A DNA stretch of 64,000 nt from a virus, in IMG/VR virus record IMGVR_UViG_3300046692_000072, positions 1-64,000 of that record. One strand, written 5' to 3'. Made by a program: the position numbers and the translations under genes. Positions 57,901 through 64,000 of the stretch are shown piece after piece (position 1 is the first letter of the stretch; each line of letters begins with the position of its first letter). Under the pieces are notes generated by a model that was not told the DNA's origin, ran no database searches, and saw only the letters and a program-made list of their open reading frames with translations.

Positions 57901-58471
57901 GCGTACCTCCATGCTAGCTCTTGGACTTGATGCAGGTACTTTCCTGGATCCAGGTCCAGATGGTCTCCTGTTCTGGCCTAACCGTCCGTATCAGCGTGAT
58001 CCTGTCTGGCGCCTCAAAAACACTGGTTACGTCTCGACTGCACAGGATTATTGCAAGACGGATGGTACGTCGCTTCGGTCTGACAAGACCATTGCTGCAA
58101 CCTCCTATGACTGCGATAAGCATCCTGAATGGAAGGTAGCCTCTGGCGGACTTCTCTACACTCAGGGTTCTGTTCCAGGTGGTCTCCAAGCTGGTGTTGA
58201 CCGTATGGCTCCAATTCCTTTGGAAGAGATTGTCCCTGACGTTGGTGTCAAGACGAACGTTATCGTTCCTTGGGCTTCGTCCTGCACGATTCTCTGCTGG
58301 TACATGAGCCGTCTTGAGCCAACTGGTGGTCATAAGGGTGAAGCAGCAGGCGTCATTGCCTCTATGGCAATTGACGGAAACATCGAAGTGCAGAACGTAG
58401 ACTACACTTCCCTGCGTACTAAGTTGCTGGCAAGAGATGTGAACCACCCTTACCTGCCACAGGTCGCATAA
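54971..58471 (+). CDS. multidomain protein: putative capsid-anchor domain, two cadherin-like repeats, beta-rich domain(s) and FAD-dependent oxidoreductase-fold domain
   Basis: I.EN..VGT.V..LS...KF.I.G..L.LAAALDYETK twice; DYDVVVYGA..AAYAA..GKSV, GGMPASGL, RLEP..GEAAG.IA.MA. Confidence 0.8.
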   Translation: MSILRVFYNPGTKSVRIREQGLADLAAPYVLAGSFEHGGSNDPEGWDHNHVMYHHVRDALYKVGVQDMNSVHILSILYVGQKAITYSDSGEIAENTPVGTIVSTLSVLNGSGSYIFTELSDTDGKFVIEGSNIKLAAALDYETKTSHTIDVQADGVGGPLTRSHVFNVSNENDPIINISAVNIVESATVGTTVGVLSITNGSGSYTFTKIADPDSKFVISGNNLNLAAAIDYETKAFHSVTVQAAGTGGPVTRTININVSNAVEGTLAPTTASITDEIADGATVFTVTGFDVGANEVISSISPNDGRFAIASGNRIVKGLSAVSAGTVALTLTMSTGRTLTNNITITTTSLPDYTFQAETDALQVSRTAAGIPMTRRQKLAFDRMVVRVKAAGVSVADWAALYVPSTPTEVQARVNQIHPGTNDLVPVTTVPTYTANDKWSAFGTPKYNTGIGLQSFAQGQFTIFFYSRTTAGASGGDFGAQTAGGDGIAANTRDASNKFNARLQGTNYASVGTTFTPGQGMYSIRPNKLDTFGIKREDTSTTYVAPATNPTIHLGGINGGASAGKDCGLFAIFKVTLTDAQNREVSAALLDYYYKVRFGMVDYYEAGKAPTTADYDVVVYGASWTAVCAAYAAKQEGKSVCIVCDEHAKTDWDIGGMPASGLAYVDCYNYTAMKGLYRDLTQWVNTTIINRADTNNQAGNSVESWQFCQAVRRMLDPARTNGTLIFGQDIPVYFSTGIQSITSVGTKDTALHTKDGRTFTGKVFVSADYDGEYNHMSTGIPTITGIEAAGSGSEANNGYKGSGSMSKPYGSDISPYITEGNSGSGLLPDIQGEMPLPGLTIGNAITALESMNYRLAMTTDPARVVPVTTMDPHRNYNALRYETAGRAYVLNPSAQISNLSGTQTLLQFAVGGTSNKIDVNNGSGGLSTDLPGSGYRYATAADSAARKAVIDDLRDYQLGWFWWHNNSGDSRIPSSLRTSMLALGLDAGTFLDPGPDGLLFWPNRPYQRDPVWRLKNTGYVSTAQDYCKTDGTSLRSDKTIAATSYDCDKHPEWKVASGGLLYTQGSVPGGLQAGVDRMAPIPLEEIVPDVGVKTNVIVPWASSCTILCWYMSRLEPTGGHKGEAAGVIASMAIDGNIEVQNVDYTSLRTKLLARDVNHPYLPQVA

Positions 58472-58503
58472 CACTTTAAACCAAAGTGTTTTCAATATAT
58501 AAG

Positions 58504-58531
58504 GAGCGGGCTAGCCCCGCTCTTTTCTTTT
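58504..58531 (+). terminator. intrinsic terminator
   Basis: GAGCGGG-CTAGC-CCCGCTC-TTTTCTTTT. Confidence 0.75.
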
Positions 58532-58543
58532 ATGAGGATCCTT

Positions 58544-59050
58544 ATGACTACTTATCAATGTGCCTTTAAGGCAACCGGTAACACTGCTGTTGTTACCATG
58601 CAGCGTGCTGCTGACACTCTTCCTGCTGGTGCAACTGATATCGGTGACGTTATTCATGACGTAGAGCCTGACAATCTGTCTGGTCAGACGACTTTCAATG
58701 ACTCTCACGTCCTTTATCAGCATGTTCAGGAACTCTGCTACAAGCATGGTTGGACGGACATGGCAAACGTCACCATCAATTGGGATGTTGTCGGTGTTGA
58801 GATTACCAATGGTGCAACTGGCACAGTTACTGCTGCCGCTGGTGCTAACCATACTCTACAGCTTTATGCTCGTACTCTTCCTGAGGAAGCTACGTCTGAG
58901 GATATCGTCTGGACGAGTGGTACCCCTGCCAAGGCAACTGTCAACTCGACCGGTCTTGTGACTGGTGTTGCTGCTGGTAGCACTGTTATCACTGCGAAAT
59001 CTAGTGTAGATAATGCTGCACTCGATACGATCACGATTACTGTTACGTAA
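58544..59050 (+). CDS. Ig-like (Big_2) capsid decoration protein, N4 gp17-like
   Basis: IVWTSGTPAKATVNSTGLVTGVAAGSTVITAKS; position after RNAP II as for N4 gp17. Confidence 0.8.
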   Translation: MTTYQCAFKATGNTAVVTMQRAADTLPAGATDIGDVIHDVEPDNLSGQTTFNDSHVLYQHVQELCYKHGWTDMANVTINWDVVGVEITNGATGTVTAAAGANHTLQLYARTLPEEATSEDIVWTSGTPAKATVNSTGLVTGVAAGSTVITAKSSVDNAALDTITITVT

Positions 59051-59061
59051 GGATTTTTATC

Positions 59062-59451
59062 ATGGATGCTGACAAGATGGCTCAGGATTTCCTTATGTGG
59101 AATTCCCTCAAGTTGGCTCCATATGATCCCAAAATTAATCACCCCCAGGATGTAGGTCTTGGGGGTCCATCCACCGAGTACACCGCTACGGTAGATACTC
59201 CTCAAGGGACGTTTAAAAACATCCCTCAGCTTTGGTGGCAGCGCAATGGTAAACCTCTCCTCGTCCCTGAGGAGACCGCTAGAGGGCTTGCTAGCCTCAC
59301 AGAGCGGGTTACCGGTAGATCCTTCCCAGAATACACGACACCTGATGAAGCCGACCTAGAGGCTTCTGAGAGATCCAAGGCAGGTGGTGCTGAAAAGCAA
59401 TCCTTGATGGATTATGCGGATGAAATCCGCAAATACGGACCCAGGTACTAA
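59062..59451 (+). CDS. hypothetical protein
   Basis: AAGGA RBS. Confidence 0.65.
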   Translation: MDADKMAQDFLMWNSLKLAPYDPKINHPQDVGLGGPSTEYTATVDTPQGTFKNIPQLWWQRNGKPLLVPEETARGLASLTERVTGRSFPEYTTPDEADLEASERSKAGGAEKQSLMDYADEIRKYGPRY

Positions 59452-59511
59452 AATACACATTCCCATCATTCATTTTCTTGGTTTAATGGTCTTGAGCCAA
59501 GGAGAGAAAAG

Positions 59512-59775
59512 ATGTTCAGTTACACCGCGAAGCCTCGGCAGGTAGAGGCATGGCAATATTTCAGGGACGTAGGCACTGATACCGCTTGCATCCCTCGTTG
59601 GGCTATCCAGATGGCACTGGATGGAAATATCCATACCCATGGCAAAATCGATTACCTGATCAATGGTGCAGAAAGTACCATACTCGAATCTGGGGATTGG
59701 ATCGTGAAAGATGGGGAAAACTATACCCATTTCACTAACGACATGTTCCATGAGTGGTATATCCCCACTGTTTAA
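59512..59775 (+). CDS. conserved phage protein, related to 36571-36885
   Basis: AKP..VEAWQY...GDWIVK.GE.Y......F...Y. Confidence 0.65.
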   Translation: MFSYTAKPRQVEAWQYFRDVGTDTACIPRWAIQMALDGNIHTHGKIDYLINGAESTILESGDWIVKDGENYTHFTNDMFHEWYIPTV

Positions 59776-59986
59776 ATCTAGACCGGCATGAGCTCGGGTC
59801 ACATCGGTAGGGGAAGGAGTCGAGGGGTCAGATCCCTTTAGCGTTGATAAGGAAGAAGGATCTCCTTGGAGCTACTCTGCGCCTCTCCATCGGCAAGAGC
59901 GATGTTTACATCAATGGTCTAGTGGGGGAGGGGTCGTTCCCCTCCCTACTCAATTCAACGACGACAAACACTAACAAGGACAGAAA

Positions 59987-61027
59987 ATGAGTAACGCGAA
60001 TGCAGTCAGTCCCTTGAGGGCTATGCCTCTTATTAAAATGACCCTGAAGGCTCGTAAGGTTCCTTACCTGAAGTCCTCACCAGGGATTGGTAAGTCCGCT
60101 ATGGCAGCAGAGCTTGCCCAGGAATTCAATCTTAAGCTGATCGACCATCGTATCAGCACCTCTGCTCCGACCGATCTGACAGGCTTGCCTGAGATCCAGA
60201 ATGGAAGGTCTAGCTTTAATCCCTTCGACTTCTTCCCCATTAAGGGGAAAGATGAACCAGTGAAGGGTACGAATGGGTGGCTCCTGTTCCTGGATGAGTT
60301 CAACTCTGGCTCCAAAGCAGTTCTGGCAGCAGCGTACAAGCTGGTGCTGGATAAGAAGGTTGGTCAGTATGACCTCCATCCTAATGTAGCAGTCATGTGT
60401 GCGGGTAACCGTGACACAGACCGTGCTATCACCACCAACATCGGTACTGCTATGCAGTCTCGATTGACCACCTATAATATTGAACTCAACAATGATGAGT
60501 TCATCAACCATGTCATGATCAAACAAAAATGGGATGATCGTGTCATCGCCTATCTGTCCTCAGAACCAAACAAGATCAATGACTTCCGTCCTGATCACTC
60601 TGATGACACCTTTTGCTGCCCGCGTACCTGGGACAGTGTACAGGAACAGATCAAGGGTGAGAAAATCACTCGTGCACATCTGCCCCTGATTGGTGGTACT
60701 ATCACCTCTGGCGTAGCTGCCGACTTCCTGACCTTCCTTGATGTCTATCAGGATATGCCGAAATTTGAGGACGTTCTTCGTGAACCAAACTCATACCCGC
60801 TTCCGACAAATCCTCAGCTCAAGTGGGCAGTAGTTTCCAGCTTCTCCCAGAAGACAAACAAGAAGAATTTCAATCAGATCGCTACCTATATTGGTCGATT
60901 TGATATGACCTTCCAGGTTCTGTTCTTCCGTATGACACTTCCCAGCAACCCTGAACTGCGTGAGCTTCCCGAGTTCGGACCCATCGCAGTCAAATTTGCA
61001 AAGTATATGTTCGATGCAGTTAGCTGA
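59987..61027 (+). CDS. MoxR-like AAA+ ATPase (N4 gp24)
   Basis: SSPGIGKS, LFLDEFN, CAGNR, PRTW. Confidence 0.9.
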   Translation: MSNANAVSPLRAMPLIKMTLKARKVPYLKSSPGIGKSAMAAELAQEFNLKLIDHRISTSAPTDLTGLPEIQNGRSSFNPFDFFPIKGKDEPVKGTNGWLLFLDEFNSGSKAVLAAAYKLVLDKKVGQYDLHPNVAVMCAGNRDTDRAITTNIGTAMQSRLTTYNIELNNDEFINHVMIKQKWDDRVIAYLSSEPNKINDFRPDHSDDTFCCPRTWDSVQEQIKGEKITRAHLPLIGGTITSGVAADFLTFLDVYQDMPKFEDVLREPNSYPLPTNPQLKWAVVSSFSQKTNKKNFNQIATYIGRFDMTFQVLFFRMTLPSNPELRELPEFGPIAVKFAKYMFDAVS

Positions 61028-62237
61028 AGCTATTCCTGAAGAGGAAGACTACGAGAAACTTAATCGTCTCCTCGACCACGTAAAACGTGACATCTTCCTT
61101 TCCAAGAATAGTAAGGGAGAAGTCAAGAGGGACTTCGCTACCTTCTTTGGCTCACTCATGAGTGGGCTTACATACATTTGGGACTCCAAGAAAAAGACTG
61201 CTGCTACCAACGGTATCAACATGTTCTGGAGCCCCAAATTCTTCCTGTCACTTCCGCATGGAACACGTCTCACAATCTTCATGCATGAGCTGTGGCACGT
61301 TGCTCGCTTGGATACGATCTACCATTACGGTAAGGATCCAAGGAGATGGAATGCAGCTTGTGACATCTGGATCAATAATACCCTTGATGATCAGGGGTAT
61401 TCTTGGGAAGGTATTCCCTTCAAGTTCTGGCTCGATCATTCCTATGATGGTTGGACTGCTGAAGACATCTATGATGATCTGAAGAAGAAGGACGATGAAG
61501 CTTGGGAAGAGTTCTGCAAGGAACATGGCATTGATCCTAATGATCCATCCACCTGGGTAGATCTCATTGAACCAAGTGACGAAGAGGATCTTGACTCCGG
61601 TCAGGTCTCTGAGGAACAGCTCAAGGTAATCGCCATTGTCCAGACTGCTGCTCAGGCAGCAAAGATGGCAGGTGAAGGTTCACCGGATGCTACTCTAGAC
61701 ACCATCAAACAGTTTCTTACTCCTAAGATAGCTTGGGAGAAGGAAATGATTAACATGATGGATGCTCTTATCGAAGAAGACTACTCATGGAACTGTAGGG
61801 ATCGTCGTTACAACGACATATACCTTCCTTGGTTCGAAGAGATGGAAGGTCTTGAAGACCTCTTCTACGGTATAGATGTTTCAGGATCTATGCTCGACCC
61901 CATGGTTGTGCGTTGTACCTCTGAAGTCAAATATATCAAAGAACGCTTCAGACCTAAGACAGTCACACTCTTCCAGTTTGATGAGATCGTTCAACGTATC
62001 GATACCTGGACTGATGAGGATGAGTTCAAAGAAGTCATCGTACAGGGTCGTGGTGGTACATCACTCCATCTGGTCGCTGACTACCTAGAAAAACATAAAC
62101 CCCGTGCTGCTATCATCTTTAGCGACCTATACTGCGACAAGATGAGGAAAGTACCTGGGGTGGAAATCATTTGGGTAGTTCTCAATAACCCTCATGCCAC
62201 TGTTAACCAGGGCAGGATGCTACACATTAGGGAGTGA
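61014..62237 (+). CDS. metallopeptidase-vWA protein (N4 gp25)
   Basis: TAATNG, HELWH, WNAACD..IN, DVSGSM MIDAS, GRGGT. Confidence 0.9.
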   Translation: MQLAEAIPEEEDYEKLNRLLDHVKRDIFLSKNSKGEVKRDFATFFGSLMSGLTYIWDSKKKTAATNGINMFWSPKFFLSLPHGTRLTIFMHELWHVARLDTIYHYGKDPRRWNAACDIWINNTLDDQGYSWEGIPFKFWLDHSYDGWTAEDIYDDLKKKDDEAWEEFCKEHGIDPNDPSTWVDLIEPSDEEDLDSGQVSEEQLKVIAIVQTAAQAAKMAGEGSPDATLDTIKQFLTPKIAWEKEMINMMDALIEEDYSWNCRDRRYNDIYLPWFEEMEGLEDLFYGIDVSGSMLDPMVVRCTSEVKYIKERFRPKTVTLFQFDEIVQRIDTWTDEDEFKEVIVQGRGGTSLHLVADYLEKHKPRAAIIFSDLYCDKMRKVPGVEIIWVVLNNPHATVNQGRMLHIRE

Positions 62238-62240
62238 GTT

Positions 62241-62468
62241 ATGCCATTGCCATCAGATTATGAGCGTGAACCAGATGATGCAGGAGAGCAGAGCCTCTCA
62301 GCACTGGTTCTCGGTGGAATCACCTTTGTTGTTGGTAACACCAAAAAAGGTCAAATATATTTATCTATCCAAGGCGAAACCTCGGATAAGATTTATATGA
62401 GTACCACTGAGGCTTTGATGCTATCTCTCGCTTTTCAGCAAGCAGTAGAGGATCTCGATAATGAGTAA
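62241..62468 (+). CDS. hypothetical protein
   Basis: GGAG RBS. Confidence 0.55.
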   Translation: MPLPSDYEREPDDAGEQSLSALVLGGITFVVGNTKKGQIYLSIQGETSDKIYMSTTEALMLSLAFQQAVEDLDNE

Positions 62469-62597
62469 TGAAGAAGAGATCGTATCTGCGTATCTCAACA
62501 ATGATATTACTTATGACGAAGCTGTAGAACTATTGATCTACAACTGCCGTCTAACAGCAATGGAAGCTGAGAAAATTCTTGATGAGGTAACACCAGA

Positions 62598-63194
62598 ATG
62601 ATCATTAATGGCGTCTACCTAAAACTGCTAAAACCCATCAAAGACATGATCTTCACCAAAGAAAGATCCCATGGCGTAAGCTATGGGCTTTCCGAGGTTG
62701 GGTATGACATTCGTGTCAAACAAAAAATCGAATACTTTCCGCCAGATGCTGAAGAAATCCTGCATCTCATTACCAATCAAGGCAGTATCCATTTAACACA
62801 TGGGTATGTTGTACAGCGAGTACAGAAAGCAATTCATGGATACACTCGAGTCTACACATCGGAGACTAATTTCGTTGAGTCCATTGGGCGCACTGCTCTT
62901 GCTAGCAGCATCGAACAATTCAAGCTCCCCCCAGATCTCTGGGGAGAACTTAGAAACAAATCCACCCATGCAAGACGATTCTTCGACGCCACCCTTGGTA
63001 CCGACATGGAACCAGGATGGGAAGGATTCCTGACCATCGAGATTATCTTTCATGGTCTGGAGCCTGTGACCATTGAGGCAGGAACTGGAATCGCCAAAGC
63101 AGTATTCCATGAGCTAAAGGATCATGCGTACTATGACGGCAAGTACCAATCTCAAGCAGATGCGCCAGTCCCTCCGATCTTCGAACGCAGCTAG
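62598..63194 (+). CDS. dcd: dCTP deaminase (N4 gp26-like)
   Basis: SYGLSEVGYDIR, KSTHAR, EPGWEGFLTIE, YDGKYQ. Confidence 0.88.
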   Translation: MIINGVYLKLLKPIKDMIFTKERSHGVSYGLSEVGYDIRVKQKIEYFPPDAEEILHLITNQGSIHLTHGYVVQRVQKAIHGYTRVYTSETNFVESIGRTALASSIEQFKLPPDLWGELRNKSTHARRFFDATLGTDMEPGWEGFLTIEIIFHGLEPVTIEAGTGIAKAVFHELKDHAYYDGKYQSQADAPVPPIFERS

Positions 63195-63654
63195 GACAGT
63201 CCGAGTAGCTCATAGCGATATAGGTTATCTATATCGTTATGACACTTCTTGGGTCAACAAAGATTGGCCTGGGAATTCCTATCCAATATTTCAGTGTTGG
63301 GAATACCCAATCATATCGGAAACCTTGCACACTTACCTTATCTTCGATGGATCCAAGAAACGCAGGATCTACAAAGGTAATTCAAAAGGTTGGGCTCACA
63401 AGACGATAGTCGCTGCTAGAACCCACTATGTTAGACGTAAGTCGAACCAATTGAACATCATCGAGCAGCAACGGGATAGCGCACTCACTGTGCTGAGAAC
63501 TCTCCGTGAGGAATGGGGAGTAGGTAGTGATTGGGATCTTCCCGACACACGAACAATCAACCAAGTCTATGAAGCTGAGCTAGCAGCTCAACGCATGGAA
63601 GATCAAAGAAAAAGGACAATCGACCTCTATGGTGATGGAGCTTTTAAACCATGA
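63124..63654 (+). CDS. hypothetical protein (start uncertain)
   Basis: fills gap between dcd and next gene. Confidence 0.55.
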   Translation: MRTMTASTNLKQMRQSLRSSNAARTVRVAHSDIGYLYRYDTSWVNKDWPGNSYPIFQCWEYPIISETLHTYLIFDGSKKRRIYKGNSKGWAHKTIVAARTHYVRRKSNQLNIIEQQRDSALTVLRTLREEWGVGSDWDLPDTRTINQVYEAELAAQRMEDQRKRTIDLYGDGAFKP

Positions 63655-63985
63655 CTTACTCAGTGCATTTTTGCTGCTGGTAGGTCTACATTTCTGGTTT
63701 GACTACCCCGGTCAAGGGGACTTTCTTGCCTGTCAGAAAAACCCAGGATTCACACCAAGGTATATTCCTTGGTACCATGCCAACTTCGCTCATGCAGCGA
63801 TCCACGGGCTCCCTGTGGGCATTGTGACTGGATCTGTTTTATTGGGGATCTGTGAAGTGATTATTCACTTTTTCATTGACCTAGCTAAGTCGAAAGGATT
63901 CATTAATATCCACGTCGATCAAGTCCTACACATTTTGTGTAAAGCCCTTTGGGTTACTCTTATCCTTTATGGGAAAGTCTGGTAG
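63629..63985 (+). CDS. DUF3307-like membrane protein
   Basis: HFWFDY..Q, HAAIHG, HFFID..K, DQVLH. Confidence 0.75.
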   Translation: MVMELLNHDLLSAFLLLVGLHFWFDYPGQGDFLACQKNPGFTPRYIPWYHANFAHAAIHGLPVGIVTGSVLLGICEVIIHFFIDLAKSKGFINIHVDQVLHILCKALWVTLILYGKVW

Positions 63986-64000
63986 AGCGATTGCTGTATC

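Overview
This window is most of an N4-like (Schitoviridae) podovirus genome, circularly permuted. It runs: primase, Sak4-like ATPase, SSB and resolvase (+); a 3368-aa virion RNA polymerase followed by the N4 gp51-59 structural block, lysis genes, tail fibre/adhesin and terminase (-); a ~3 kb tRNA/ncRNA region; the inferred genome terminus near 42.1 kb; early genes with hairpin vRNAP promoters (gp1, gp2); the split T7-like RNAP II; decoration proteins; the MoxR/vWA pair; and dCTP deaminase. DNA polymerase and helicase are not in the window. An alphaproteobacterial (rhizobial) host is inferred only from indirect motifs. Highlights: (1) an array of structured RNAs around three normal tRNAs, including tRNA-shaped molecules with intact acceptor/T stems but collapsed or replaced anticodon arms, plus an sRNA-like element with two anti-Shine-Dalgarno loops; (2) a 1166-aa protein that shares its N-terminal domain with the neighbouring gp17-like Ig decoration protein and carries cadherin repeats and an FAD-oxidoreductase-fold domain, possibly a capsid-displayed enzyme; (3) a DfrB/R67-type dihydrofolate reductase homologue; (4) tandem arrays of small paralogues. 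All family assignments come from motif recognition and synteny by eye; no searches or folding programs were run.
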